Positions 36,826 to 47,937 are shown, numbered from the stretch's first letter. The stretch: 64,000 nt of DNA from an uncultured Acidobacteriota bacterium (GCA_963836075.1 CAWIIB010000009.1:3424001-3488000), one strand, 5' to 3'. The notes: generated by a model from the letters alone, not told the origin. Numbers and translations: made by a program.

Positions 36826-38271
36826 GTGAGCGACCAGTTCGAGATCAGGAACCTGATGAGAGAACGGATTCTCATCGTCGAAGCCCACCAGGAGACCGCC
36901 AGGGTTTTGGAAGAGGCCCTGGATGGCAAGGGCTTTCACGTGCAGCTGGCCAGCGGGGTGATCCAGGGTCGCCGGATCCTCGATTCCGAGCCGGTGGACG
37001 TGGTGATCACCGATGTCAGCCACCCGGATTGCGGTGGCGGCGACTTTCTCCGTTCCATCGGCGACTCGCCGCTGGTCTCGATCATCGCCACCGGTGAAGC
37101 CACTGTGCGCGAGGCGGTGGAGGCGATGCGCGACGGCGCGTTCCACTACCTGCCCCGGCCGGTGGACGGCGAGGAGTTTCTCCACGTGCTGGAAAAGTGT
37201 CTGGCCCACCGCAGGCTTTCCCACGAGAATCTCGCTCTGCGGCGCGAGGCCACCCTGTTCAAGATCATCAAGAGCGTTTCGGTGACCCTCGACCTGCAGC
37301 GGCTGATCCAGCTGGTTATGGACTCCTCCATGGAGCTCTCCGGCGGCACCAGCGGCTCGCTGCTGCTGCTGAACAAGGATTCCAGGTCGCTGACCTACCA
37401 CGCGCTCCGTGGAGTGGAGAAGACCGTGGAGACCGACGGCCGTTTCGGTTTCAGCGAGAATTACCTGCTCAGCCTGATCCGCAGCGGGAAATCGGTGCTC
37501 GATGCCGGCACCGGCACCCCGCTCCCTGAGCTGGGCGGCCGTTCTGTTCGCTCGGCGCTGATCTGCCCGGTGGTCTCGGAGCCCCGGCCCCTGGGCTTGA
37601 TCATGTCCATCCGCGACGAGCGCACCGGCAAGGGGTTCTCCGACGTGGATGTGCGGATGCTGAGCACCTTCAGCAGCGAGATCGCCGAGTCGCTGCACAA
37701 TGCCAAGGTGCTGAAAAAGACCCGGGAACTGACGGTGAAGGACGATCTCACCGACGCGTACAACCGGAGGTTCTTCGAAACCTACCTCGAGGAAGAGCTG
37801 AAACGGGCCCGGCGTTTTGGCAGCCCGTTGTCGTTGATCTTCATGGACGTGGACAACCTCAAGGACGTCAACAACCGCTTCGGCCACCTGATGGGGTCCC
37901 ACGTGCTCAAGGTGATCACCCACCGGGTGATCATGACCATCCGCGGGATCGACAAGGTTATCCGCTACGGTGGAGACGAGTTCTGCATCCTGCTCCCCGA
38001 GACCGACACCCGGGGCGCGCAGGTGGTGGCCGAGCGGATTCGCGAGACCATCGCCCGCGAACCGATCGTTTTCGATCAGCAACACGAGGTCACGCTCACC
38101 AGCAGTTTCGGCATCGCCTCCTTTCCCCAGCACGCCGGCAACGCGGAGCAGCTGCTCCGCCAGGCCGACCGGGCCCTGTTCGGGATCAAAAACCGGGACA
38201 AGAACGGGGTGGGGGTGGCGACCACGGAAAGCGAGATCTCCCCCTTCAACAAGAAGAGTCGCCGCAACTGA
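36826..38271 (+). CDS. Diguanylate cyclase (REC-GAF-GGDEF)
   Basis: N-terminal receiver-like domain, GAF domain, DDLTDAYNRR, KDVNNRFGH, RGID I-site, RYGGDEF. Confidence 0.92.
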   Translation: MSDQFEIRNLMRERILIVEAHQETARVLEEALDGKGFHVQLASGVIQGRRILDSEPVDVVITDVSHPDCGGGDFLRSIGDSPLVSIIATGEATVREAVEAMRDGAFHYLPRPVDGEEFLHVLEKCLAHRRLSHENLALRREATLFKIIKSVSVTLDLQRLIQLVMDSSMELSGGTSGSLLLLNKDSRSLTYHALRGVEKTVETDGRFGFSENYLLSLIRSGKSVLDAGTGTPLPELGGRSVRSALICPVVSEPRPLGLIMSIRDERTGKGFSDVDVRMLSTFSSEIAESLHNAKVLKKTRELTVKDDLTDAYNRRFFETYLEEELKRARRFGSPLSLIFMDVDNLKDVNNRFGHLMGSHVLKVITHRVIMTIRGIDKVIRYGGDEFCILLPETDTRGAQVVAERIRETIAREPIVFDQQHEVTLTSSFGIASFPQHAGNAEQLLRQADRALFGIKNRDKNGVGVATTESEISPFNKKSRRN

Positions 38272-38306
38272 GCCTTTCCACCTGTGCAGATCGCCTGACC
38301 ATTGTC

Positions 38307-38945
38307 ATGCTGGCCCTCCTGCTTGTGCCGGCCTGCGGGGCGCCGCGCGCTGCGCCGCCCGCGTCCGGTTCCCCGTCCGCCGTGCCCGCGGCACCCGTCA
38401 CGCCGGCCCCGACGCGGGAACGGCCGCAGGTGGTGTTCTTTGACAGTGGTGAGTACGCCGCTGCTGCCGTGGACGGTCTGGCCGGCACCGCGGCCTGCGC
38501 CGAGTGTCACGAGGCCGAATACGACCACTGGCGGCGCACGCCCCACGCCCGGGCCATGGCCGATGCCGCCGGTCCCCGCGGCACGGCGGAGGTGAGTTGC
38601 CTGCGCTGCCACGCCTCCCTGGTGGTTGTCCCGAAAGAGGCTGCCGAACGGCTGAGCCTGGATCTCCAGGGTGTGGGGTGCGAGTCCTGCCACGGCCCTG
38701 GCCTGGCACACGCCGGGGATCCCGAATCGGTGGGCCTGATCTCCGGTGTGCGGGACGGCTGTGCGGAGTGCAACTTCCGCAGCCTGTGCCAGGTGTGCCA
38801 CAATACCGAGGGTGATCCCGATTTCAAGTACTTTGCCGCCTACCGCCGGGCGGGTCATTCCCAGATGGACGAGGATGACGACGGCGGGGATATCCCGCTG
38901 GAGGGGACCGGCGGCCCGGCGTGCAGACGCGGCGCGAACCAATGA
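38307..38945 (+). CDS. Multiheme c-type cytochrome lipoprotein (cytochrome c554-like)
   Basis: Lipobox VPAC; four CxxCH motifs (CAECH, CLRCH, CESCH, CQVCH); GVGCESCHGPG. Confidence 0.85.
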   Translation: MLALLLVPACGAPRAAPPASGSPSAVPAAPVTPAPTRERPQVVFFDSGEYAAAAVDGLAGTAACAECHEAEYDHWRRTPHARAMADAAGPRGTAEVSCLRCHASLVVVPKEAAERLSLDLQGVGCESCHGPGLAHAGDPESVGLISGVRDGCAECNFRSLCQVCHNTEGDPDFKYFAAYRRAGHSQMDEDDDGGDIPLEGTGGPACRRGANQ

Positions 38946-40597
38946 ACCAGATTCTCATCTCGAACCGTCTCCCCTGGGGTCTGGCCCTGCTCAGTGGTCT
39001 GCTGCTGTTCTGCGCCTTCCCCCCTCTGGGCTGGTGGCCCCTGGGTTGGGTGGCGCTGGCTCCGCTGATGGTGGCCGCGGCCCGCTCCGGCCCCTGGTCC
39101 GCGGCATTGATGGGGCTGGCCGCCGGCGCCCTGTTCAATTTCCTGTCTCTGCCCTGGCTGATCACGGTGATGAAGACCTATGGCGGGCTGAACATGGTGG
39201 TCAGCCTGCTGCTCTTTATCCTGCTGGTGCTCTGCCTCTCGCTCTTCACCTCGGCCTTTGCTCTCACCGTGTCCCTTCTCTGCCGGGAAGGAGGCCCCAA
39301 TGCCGTGCTCCTCGCCCCGGTCATCTGGGTGGGGAGCGAACTGCTCCGCGGTGTGCTGATGGTCACCGGCTTCCCCTGGAACCTGCTGGCCTATTCCCAG
39401 GCCGCGGTGCCCTGGGCGATCCAGCCGGCGTCGCTGGTGGGCGCCTACGGCCTCTCCCTGATCCTGGCCCTCGGCTCGGCGCTGCTGGCCCGGGGAGCCC
39501 TGGGGGCGGCTGATGCCGGCCGGACCGAAGGACGAAAACCACTTCCCGGCTGGGCCTGGCCCACGGTGGCTCTGGCCCTGGTGCTGCTGGTTCTGGCGGC
39601 CGGCCGGGCGCGGATCTCCACGCTGGACGACCGGGTGAACGGCGGCCGGCAGGGCGTGCGCATGGAGGCGGCCCTGGTCCAGTGCAACGTGAGCCAGGAG
39701 ATGAAGATGTCGGCCCGCGACCGGGTGGGCATCGCCGATGTGCTCTTTCGCATGACCCGGGAGGCCGCCGCCGGCCGAGAACTGGATCTGGTGATCTGGC
39801 CCGAGTCTTCGATCCCCTTTCTCCGCTTTCGCAACGAGCCGGTGCTGCGGGCCGAGATCCAGAGCCTGGCCCGGGAACTGGACACACCGATCCTTTTCGG
39901 TTCCGTGGACAGCCCGGCCGGTCTGGGCGAGACCTACCAGCCGGGGGGGCGGGGGAGAGGAGCGTACACCAATGCCGCCATGCTGGTGGACCGCCGGGGG
40001 GTGCTGGCCTGGAAATACGACAAGATCCACCTCGTTCCCTTCGGCGAGTATGTGCCGGCCAAGCGGCTGCTCTTCTTTGCCGGTAAACTGGTGTCCGAGG
40101 TGGCGGACTTTACCCCCGGGGAGTCCTATGCTATAACCCGCCTCGGAACAGCGGACGGGGGGTGTCTGATCTGTTACGAGATCATCTTCCCCGAGCTGGC
40201 GCGAGGGTTCGTGCGGCAGGGGGCGGATCTGCTGGTGAACATCACCAACGACGCCTGGTTTGGCGATTCGGCCGCACCGCGGCAGCATTTCAACGCTGCC
40301 GTGTTCCGGGCGGTGGAAAACGGCCGGCCCGTGTTACGCTGTGCCAATACCGGAATCTCCGGTGTGATCGACCCGCTGGGGCGGGTGCGGCAACAGACCC
40401 GGCTCAACGAACGGTCTATCGTTCCGGTGTCGCTGACCGTGGCGCCGCTGGATACCTTTTACACTCGCCACGGCGAAGTGACCTCCTGGGGCTGCCTGGG
40501 GCTCTGGGCGCTCACCCTCACCGCCTGCCTGGTCCGGCGCCGCCGGCCTGCCGGCGGGCGAGGCACGCCAAAGGCAAAGGAAGGGATGGGGTCATGA
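38942..40597 (+). CDS. lnt: Apolipoprotein N-acyltransferase
   Basis: TGFPW, VIWPES, YDKIHLVPFGEY, ICYEIIF, NITNDAWFG, RAVENGR. Confidence 0.96.
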   Translation: MNQILISNRLPWGLALLSGLLLFCAFPPLGWWPLGWVALAPLMVAAARSGPWSAALMGLAAGALFNFLSLPWLITVMKTYGGLNMVVSLLLFILLVLCLSLFTSAFALTVSLLCREGGPNAVLLAPVIWVGSELLRGVLMVTGFPWNLLAYSQAAVPWAIQPASLVGAYGLSLILALGSALLARGALGAADAGRTEGRKPLPGWAWPTVALALVLLVLAAGRARISTLDDRVNGGRQGVRMEAALVQCNVSQEMKMSARDRVGIADVLFRMTREAAAGRELDLVIWPESSIPFLRFRNEPVLRAEIQSLARELDTPILFGSVDSPAGLGETYQPGGRGRGAYTNAAMLVDRRGVLAWKYDKIHLVPFGEYVPAKRLLFFAGKLVSEVADFTPGESYAITRLGTADGGCLICYEIIFPELARGFVRQGADLLVNITNDAWFGDSAAPRQHFNAAVFRAVENGRPVLRCANTGISGVIDPLGRVRQQTRLNERSIVPVSLTVAPLDTFYTRHGEVTSWGCLGLWALTLTACLVRRRRPAGGRGTPKAKEGMGS

Positions 40598-41689
40598 GAG
40601 ACGACCTGCACAAACTGTACACCGACCTCAAGGAGCGGATCACCCGGCTCAGGGGGTATCTTTGATGTAGATGCCAAGCGCGAGGAGTTGGCCCGCATCG
40701 AGCTCCAGATCGCCAAGCCGGATTTCTGGGACGACCCCCAGGCCACCCAGTCGGTGCTGAAGAATCGTCACGCGCTGGACGCCTCGGTAAAGCAGGTCGA
40801 GGCGTTCATTGAGCGCGAGGAGGAGATGACCGTCCTCGCCGACCTGGACAGCGAGGGCGAGGATGTGGATGCCGACCTGGAGAGCGGCCTGAACTCGCTG
40901 GCCGCCAGCCTGGACAAGGTGGAGATGGCTCTGATGCTCGATGGCGAGACCGATGCCAACAACGCCATCGTGGCCATCAACTCCGGGGCCGGAGGCACCG
41001 AGAGCCAGGACTGGGCCGAGATGCTCCACCGCATGTATCTCCGCTGGGCCGACCAGATGGGCTTTGCCACCAAGGCCCTGGACCACCAGCCGGGGGAAGA
41101 GGCGGGGATCAAGAGCGCCACCTTCATGATCAACGGCCAGTTCGCTTACGGCTACATGAGGGCCGAAGTGGGCGTGCACCGCCTGGTGCGTATATCGCCT
41201 TTTGACGCCAACAAGCGGCGTCACACCTCCTTCGCCTCGGTTTTCGTCTACCCCGAAGTGGACGACGACGTGGATGTCGAGATCGACGAGAAGGATCTGC
41301 GTATCGACACCTACCGCTCCAGCGGCGCCGGCGGACAGCACGTCAACGTCACCGACTCGGCGGTGCGGATCACCCACCTGCCGACAAACATCGTGGTGCA
41401 GTGCCAGAACGAGCGCAGCCAGCACCGCAACCGGGACATGGCGATGAAGGTGCTGCGGGCCCGGCTCTACGAACACGAGATGGCCGAGCGGCTCAAGGAG
41501 CGGGAGGAGGCAGCATCGACCAAGATGGAGATCGGCTTCGGCAGCCAGATCCGCTCCTACGTGCTGCACCCCTACCAGATGATCAAGGACCACCGGACGA
41601 ACGTTGAAGTGGGGAACGTGAACAAGGTGCTGGACGGCGACCTCAACCAGTTCATCCGCACCTTCCTGCTGAGCCGCAAGAAGGACTAG
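40594..41689 (+). CDS. prfB: Peptide chain release factor 2, programmed +1 frameshift; join(40594..40662,40664..41689)
   Basis: ATG 40594, internal SD AGGGGG then TAT CTT TGA T; +1 frame has GGTESQDW, SPF, GGQHVN, QIRSYV. Confidence 0.97.
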
Positions 41690-41698
41690 GGGGCAGGT

Positions 41699-42673
41699 TT
41701 GGCTTTTCTGGGCATCGACATCGGCGGCACCAAGACCGCGGTCTGCGTCGGCACCGCCGGGGGGCACATTCTCGCCTCGCGGCGCATGCCCAGCCTCTCC
41801 GGGGACTACCTCGACGACTACTTCAGGGAACTGGCCGACCTCTGCCGGCTGATTCTCTCCGCGGCCGAGCTGGACGAGGGCAACCCGCTCACCGCGGTGG
41901 GTGTTTCGGCCCCCGGCCCGCTGGACTGCACCCGGGGCGTGCTGCTCGCCCCGCCCAACAACCCCGGTTGGACCGAGGTGCCGGTGGTGGAGCGGCTGGC
42001 TCCGCTCTTTGATGTGCCGTTGTTCATCAACAACGACGCCAATGCCTGCGCCCTTGCCGAACTCTACTACGGGGAGCACAAAAGCGCCCGCGACCTGATC
42101 TACCTCACCGCCAGCACCGGTATGGGCGCGGGGGTCATCGTCAACGGCAGGCTGCTCCAGGGGGTCACCGACAACGGCGGCGAGGTGGGGCACCAGGTGC
42201 TCGACCCCCAGGGGCCGCCCTGCCCCTGCGGCAAGCGCGGTTGCTGGGAAGTCTATGTGGGCGGCAAGAGTGTGGCCGACCGGGTGCGCACCGAGATCCT
42301 GGACAAGGGAATCGAGACCGCTATCGTTCAGGAAGCCGGCGGCAACCCCTACCAGATCGATCACCGGGCCATCGCCGCCGCGGCCCGGGCCGGCGACGCC
42401 TACGCCCTGCGGCAGTGGGACACCTTCACCGAGCGTCTGGCCCAGGGAGTGGGCAACCTGATCCAGGTCTTCAACCCCGAAGTGATCGTCCTCGGCACCA
42501 TGGCCGTCAACGAGGGCGACTTCCTGATGGACCCCCTGCGGGCCAAGCTGCCGAAATACGCCTGGAAATGGCCCCTGGAGGCCTGCACCATAGTGCCCAG
42601 TTCACTTGGTTCGCGGGTCGGCGATCTCTCCGCCCTGGCCGTGGCCCGCGCCGGGCTGGAAAATCTCACCTAG
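41699..42673 (+). CDS. ROK family sugar kinase
   Basis: GIDIGGTK, NNDANA, STGMGAG, GEVGH, CPCGKRGCWE. Confidence 0.93.
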   Translation: MAFLGIDIGGTKTAVCVGTAGGHILASRRMPSLSGDYLDDYFRELADLCRLILSAAELDEGNPLTAVGVSAPGPLDCTRGVLLAPPNNPGWTEVPVVERLAPLFDVPLFINNDANACALAELYYGEHKSARDLIYLTASTGMGAGVIVNGRLLQGVTDNGGEVGHQVLDPQGPPCPCGKRGCWEVYVGGKSVADRVRTEILDKGIETAIVQEAGGNPYQIDHRAIAAAARAGDAYALRQWDTFTERLAQGVGNLIQVFNPEVIVLGTMAVNEGDFLMDPLRAKLPKYAWKWPLEACTIVPSSLGSRVGDLSALAVARAGLENLT

Positions 42674-45054
42674 AAGTATCCCAGGATCCGTTTCTGGTCC
42701 TGCCAGGGCAGGGCGAGGATGGAGACCTCCCGCGGGGAACAGGAGCGGCTCGGTTCGGTGCCCTCGCGAAAGGCTTCGAGGATGATGTCGGTGCAGCCCG
42801 AGCCGGCAGTGGCCCTGAGGCCGGTATTGCGTTCGATGGGGACGAAGACGACACCGGGGGGAACTTCGAAGCGGCTGCCCTCGGCGGTTTCCGGGTCGAT
42901 GACAGTTTCGAGAAACTGGGTCCAGATGGGCAGGGCGGCCACCGCGCCGGACATCTTGTTGCCCAGGCTCTCGCTGCTCTTGTCGGAATAGCCGACCCAG
43001 ACACCCACGGTCAGTTCGGGTGTGAAGCCCACAAACCAGGCATTGGTGTACTCGTCGGTGGTGCCGGTCTTGCCTCCCTTGGCCCCGGGGACCCGGTTTT
43101 TGGCGGCCTTCCCGGTGCCCCGTTCGATAACCCCCTCCAGGGCCGCGGTGACCAGGTAGGCGCTGACCGGGTTGAGCACCTCCCAGGATGTGGGGTGGAA
43201 CTCCTGATCCACATTGCCGCCGGCGTCGTCGATCTGGGTGATGAAATACGGTTCCACCGCCACTCCCAGATTGGGGAACACGGCGTAGACCGAGGTGATC
43301 TCGATCAGGCTGACCTCGGCCGAGCCGAGGGCCACCGAAAGATACGGCGGCACCGGGCTGGTGAACCCCAGCCGCTTGGCGTAGCTGGCCAGGACGTCCG
43401 GACCCAGTTTCTGGTTCAGCTTCACCGAGGCGACATTGATCGAGTCCTCGATGGTCTTGCGCAGGGTGACCAGCCCGTTATACGACCTGTAATAGTTCTC
43501 CGGCCGGTAGATCGCACCGCTCCAGGGGTCAGGGAACTCGGTGGGTTCGTCGAAGATGGTGTCGGTGAGCGAGAAGCCGTTGTCCACCGCCGCGGCCAGC
43601 AGGATCGGTTTGAAAGCCGATCCGGGCTGGCGCTGGGCCTGCACCGCGCAGTTGAAGGCGCTGCGTTCGAAACTGTAGCCGCCCACCATGGCCCGCACCT
43701 GGCCGGTGGAGTTGTCGATGGCCACCAGCGCCGCTTCCGGGCTGGGCTCCTGTTCCAGTTCCAGCTCCACGGTGGCGTTCTCGGCGTCGAGGGACAGGAT
43801 GCGGAAGAGGGTCACGTCACCCGGCTTGAACACTTTGGAGATGCTGCGCCTGGTCCATTGGATGGCCTTCCCGCCGGCCTCGCCCTGGTAGGGCCCCACC
43901 CGCACAGTGGCCGAATCGCCCTCCACCTTGAGCACCACCCCCTCGTAGACATCACCCTCTTCGATGCCGAAGCGCCAACCGGGCGAGTCGTATAGTTCGG
44001 GGCTTTCCAGCTCCAGATTGAAGGTGTTCTTCTCGATTTCGCGAAACCCGCGTCGGATCCGCGAGAGTTGCAGCAGTCCGTCACGAACGGCGTCGTTGGC
44101 CGCTTCCTGCATCCGGGAATCGATGGTGGTGTGCACCTGGAGGCCCCGCTCGAGGTAGCTGCCGCCGTATTGTCGTTTGAGATACTTGCGAATCTCCTCG
44201 GTGAAGTGGGGGGCCCGGCGGGCGGTGGAGTCGAGGACTTTCAGCTCCAACGGGCAGGCCTTCTGCGCCTCGCACTCATTCTCGTCGATCATCCCCTCCT
44301 CCCTCATCCGGTCCAGCACCCAGTTTCTGCGCCGCAGGGCCCGGTCGGGGTTCTTGATCGGTGAATAGGAGGACGGCCGGCGGGGGATGCCCACCAGCAG
44401 GGCCGCCTCGTGGCGCTCCAGTTCAGCCGCCGGTTTGCTGAAATAGTATCGCGAGGCCATCTCGATGCCATAGACCGCGTGGTCGAAGCAGACCTGGTTG
44501 CAGTAGAGCCCCATGATCTCGTCCTTGGTGTAGTTCAGCTCGATGCGGATGGCCAGCACCGCTTCCTTGATCTTGCGCTCGAAACTCTTCTCCGGGGTGA
44601 GGAAAAGCAGCTTGGCCAGCTGCTGGGTCAGGGTGGACCCCCCCTCGGCCAGCCGCTGGTGGCGAATATCACTGATCACGGCCCGGGCGATGCCGATGGG
44701 GTCGATGCCGGTGTGCTGGTAAAAGTGTGAGTCTTCGGCGGCCACCACCGCGTCCTTGACCACCTGGGGGATGTCTCCCGCCTCGATGATCACCCGTTTT
44801 TCAGAGGCGAAGCGGGCCAGGGTCACCCCGTCAGAGGAGAGCACGGCGGTGGTCAGGCTGGGGGTGTAGTCCTCCAGCTCGTAGATCGAGGGCACGTCGA
44901 GGATCCGCGAGACGAAAAGCCCGGCACCCACGCCCACCGTCACCGCGGCGAGGATCAGCAGGGGGATGACCAGCCGGCGCAGCAGGCCCCTGGAGAGGCC
45001 CTTGCCCCCCGGGGGCCCGGGAGAATTCTTTTTGGTGCTGTTGGTGATGGTCAT
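42670..45054 (-). CDS. Penicillin-binding protein 1A (bifunctional transglycosylase/transpeptidase)
   Basis: EDSHFYQH, GGSTLTQQL, RKIKE, OB insert, SAFK, SIN, KTGT. Confidence 0.95.
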   Translation of the reverse strand: MTITNSTKKNSPGPPGGKGLSRGLLRRLVIPLLILAAVTVGVGAGLFVSRILDVPSIYELEDYTPSLTTAVLSSDGVTLARFASEKRVIIEAGDIPQVVKDAVVAAEDSHFYQHTGIDPIGIARAVISDIRHQRLAEGGSTLTQQLAKLLFLTPEKSFERKIKEAVLAIRIELNYTKDEIMGLYCNQVCFDHAVYGIEMASRYYFSKPAAELERHEAALLVGIPRRPSSYSPIKNPDRALRRRNWVLDRMREEGMIDENECEAQKACPLELKVLDSTARRAPHFTEEIRKYLKRQYGGSYLERGLQVHTTIDSRMQEAANDAVRDGLLQLSRIRRGFREIEKNTFNLELESPELYDSPGWRFGIEEGDVYEGVVLKVEGDSATVRVGPYQGEAGGKAIQWTRRSISKVFKPGDVTLFRILSLDAENATVELELEQEPSPEAALVAIDNSTGQVRAMVGGYSFERSAFNCAVQAQRQPGSAFKPILLAAAVDNGFSLTDTIFDEPTEFPDPWSGAIYRPENYYRSYNGLVTLRKTIEDSINVASVKLNQKLGPDVLASYAKRLGFTSPVPPYLSVALGSAEVSLIEITSVYAVFPNLGVAVEPYFITQIDDAGGNVDQEFHPTSWEVLNPVSAYLVTAALEGVIERGTGKAAKNRVPGAKGGKTGTTDEYTNAWFVGFTPELTVGVWVGYSDKSSESLGNKMSGAVAALPIWTQFLETVIDPETAEGSRFEVPPGVVFVPIERNTGLRATAGSGCTDIILEAFREGTEPSRSCSPREVSILALPWQDQKRILGYF

Positions 45055-45172
45055 CGCGTCTCGCTTCCGGGCCCCGGCCGGTGTCATGCTGTGCGGGGGT
45101 GAATCAACCAGCAATGATAACAGAGGGCCGGTGGAGGGGTCAAAAACCGGACGGATCTGGGCCGGGCCCAAT

Positions 45173-45210
45173 TTGACTTCGGGCGTCCGGCTCACTTAAC
45201 ATTACTTAAC
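45173..45210 (+). promoter_or_regulatory. sigma70-type promoter overlapped by an ACTTAAC direct repeat
   Basis: TTGACT 45173-N18-TAACAT 45197; ACTTAAC at 45194 and 45204. Confidence 0.45.
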
Positions 45211-45306
45211 GTCTGAAGCCATCTATACACGATTCTCGGCCGGGTTCGTCAGTTCGATGCACGACTTTCTGACCAGCAGCCGGCCGGCGCAGGAAAGGAC
45301 ACCAGC

Positions 45307-45801
45307 ATGTATCAGGACGCGGGCTCGGGTGCGGCGGCGCCGAAAAAGGGCGGCTGCCTCAAGTGGGGGGGCATCGGTTGCGCGGTGCTGCTGATCATCG
45401 TCATCATCGCTCTTGGTATCGCATACTCCAAGCGCGGCGCCATCATGGAGTGGTTCGGCGACAAGATGAAGCAGGCGCTGCTCCAGGCCCTGCCTGAGGA
45501 CTTCCCCGAAGCTGAGGCGCTGGATACCATCGACGCCTTCTGGACGGCGATCAAGGAGGACAGGCTCCAGCCGTCAGACATGCAGGAACTGCAGGCCAAG
45601 ATCCAGGCCGCCCAGGCCGATGGCGACTTCTCCGAGGAGGAGGCGATTGAACTGATCCGGTTCATGCGGGAGAAGGTGGGCCTCGACACCAAGGATGACC
45701 CGTATGGCGAGGAGGACCAGCAATACGAGGAAGAGGGCTGGGAGGAGGACGTCCCGGCCGACAGCGCGGAGGAAGCGGCCGGGGACGCCACCGAGCTCTG
45801 A
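45307..45801 (+). CDS. Hypothetical single-pass membrane protein with an acidic tail
   Basis: RBS AAGGA; KKGGCLKWGGIGC followed by a TM helix; acidic C-terminus. Confidence 0.75.
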   Translation: MYQDAGSGAAAPKKGGCLKWGGIGCAVLLIIVIIALGIAYSKRGAIMEWFGDKMKQALLQALPEDFPEAEALDTIDAFWTAIKEDRLQPSDMQELQAKIQAAQADGDFSEEEAIELIRFMREKVGLDTKDDPYGEEDQQYEEEGWEEDVPADSAEEAAGDATEL

Positions 45802-45832
45802 TCCCCGGCAGTGCGATACGATCGAGGTGAAC

Positions 45833-45880
45833 CGGGATTCCGGGGGTGAGCGCCAGACCCCCGAGAATCCCGTTTTCTTT
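45833..45880 (+). terminator. Intrinsic terminator
   Basis: CGGGATTC-CGGGGGT...ACCCCCG-A-GAATCCCG stem followed by TTTTCTTT. Confidence 0.75.
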
Positions 45881-45897
45881 CCCGGGGTGGATGCAGG

Positions 45898-47923
45898 ATG
45901 GCCGACGAGTTCAAACTGGTCAGCGACTTCGAGCCCCGGGGGGACCAGCCGGAGGCGGTGCGCCAGCTGGTGGCCGGCCTGAAAGCCGGCGAGCGGGAGC
46001 AGGTGCTGCTGGGGGTTACCGGTTCGGGCAAGACATACAGCATGGCCCTGGTGATCGAGGAACTGAACCGCCCGGCGCTGGTCTTTGCGCACAACAAGAC
46101 CCTGGCGGCCCAGCTCTACCAGGAGTTCAAGTCCTTTTTCCCCCATAATGCGGTGGAGTATTTCGTCAGTTACTACGACTACTACCAGCCGGAAGCCTAC
46201 ATCCCCACCACCGACACCTACATCGAAAAAGAGACCCAGATCAACGAGGAGATCGACCGGATGCGCCTCTCCGCCACCCGGTCGCTCTTCGAGCGGCGCG
46301 ACGTGATCATCGTGGCCAGCGTCTCCTGCATTTACGGTATCGGCGCTCCCGAGGAATACTTCTCCCAGACCGTGATCCTCGAACAGGGGGAGAGGATTTC
46401 GCGGGAGAAGCTGCTGCGGCAGTTGGTGGACATCCAGTACAGCCGCAACGACCTCGATTTCCGGCGGGGCACCTTCCGCGTCCGCGGGGACGTGGTGGAG
46501 GTCTATCCCTCGTACGAGGAGATGGGGGTGCGCATCGAGCTGTTCGGCGACGAGGTGGACCGGATCAGCATCATCGATCCGCTGCGCGGCACCGTGGTGC
46601 GGGAGAAGCGCTTCATCCGCATCTTTGCCAAGAGCCACTACGTCACCACCCGGCAGAATGTCCTGCGCGCGGTGGAGACCATCGCCGAGGAGCTGGGCCC
46701 GCGGCTGGAGCAGCTGCAGGGGGAGGGGAAGCTGCTGGAAGCCCAGCGGCTGGAACAGCGCACCCGTTACGACCTGGAGATGCTGCGGGAGATGAACTTC
46801 TGCCAGGGCATCGAGAACTACTCCCGGCATCTCAGCGGCCGCAAGGAGGGCGAACCACCCTACACCCTGCTGGACTACCTGCCGGAGAACGCGCTGCTCA
46901 TCGTCGATGAGAGCCATGTCAGCCTGCCCCAGGTGCGGGGGATGTATGGCGGTGACCGCTCGCGCAAGTCGAACCTGGTGCACTACGGTTTCCGTCTGCC
47001 CTCGGCCCTGGACAACCGGCCGCTGAGCTTCGAGGAGTTCACCGCCCGCCAACCCCAGACCCTCTATGTCTCGGCCACCCCGGCGGACTACGAGTTGCAG
47101 CGCACCGGCGGGGTGGTGGTGGAGCAGATCATCCGCCCCACCGGTCTGATGGACCCCGAGATCGTCGTGCGGCCGGCCCGGGGCCAGGTGGATGACCTCT
47201 ACGCCGAGATCGTCAAACGGGTGGCAAAGAGACACCGGGTGCTGGTCACCACCCTGACCAAGCGGATGGCCGAGGACCTCACCGACTATTTCGAAGAGTT
47301 GGGCGTGCGGGTCCGCTACCTTCATGCCGACGTGGAGACCCTGGAGCGGGTGAAGCTGCTGCGCGAGCTGCGGCAGGGCGAGTTCGACGTGCTGGTGGGG
47401 ATCAATCTGCTGCGCGAGGGTCTCGACCTGCCGGAGGTCTCGCTGGTGGCGGTTCTGGACGCCGACAAGGAGGGCTTTCTGCGCTCCGGCGGCTCGCTGA
47501 TCCAGATCGCCGGCCGGGCCGCCCGCAATGTGGAGGGACTGGTGATTTTCTATGCCGACCAGGTGACCCGGTCCATGCGCCGGGCCATGGACGAGACCGA
47601 ACGCCGCCGCCGGCGTCAGATGGAATACAATGTGGCCCACGGGATCACGCCCCAGTCGATCATCAAGTCCATCGACACGGTGCTGGGCAGTGTCTACGAA
47701 GCAGACTATGCCGCCGTGCCGGAGGTCCCGGACCGCCGCAGGGCGCAGGGGGACGGGGCCGCCGGCGATCTGCCCCAGTACCCTGGATGAAAAGAGCCGT
47801 CAGGAGCTCACCGGGCAGCTGGAGCGGGAGATGATGCAGGCCGCCGCCGACCTGCAGTTCGAGAAAGCAGCGGAGATCCGGGACCGGATCAAGGCGCTCC
47901 GGGAGAGCGCCCTTTTTACCTGA
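45898..47923 (+). CDS. uvrB: Excinuclease ABC subunit B (apparent frameshift at ~47740-47785)
   Basis: [32 protein letters not shown]. The C-terminal UVR domain ([24 protein letters not shown]) lies in the +1 frame and ends at 47923. Confidence 0.95.
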
Positions 47924-47937
47924 GAGGCTGGAACGAG

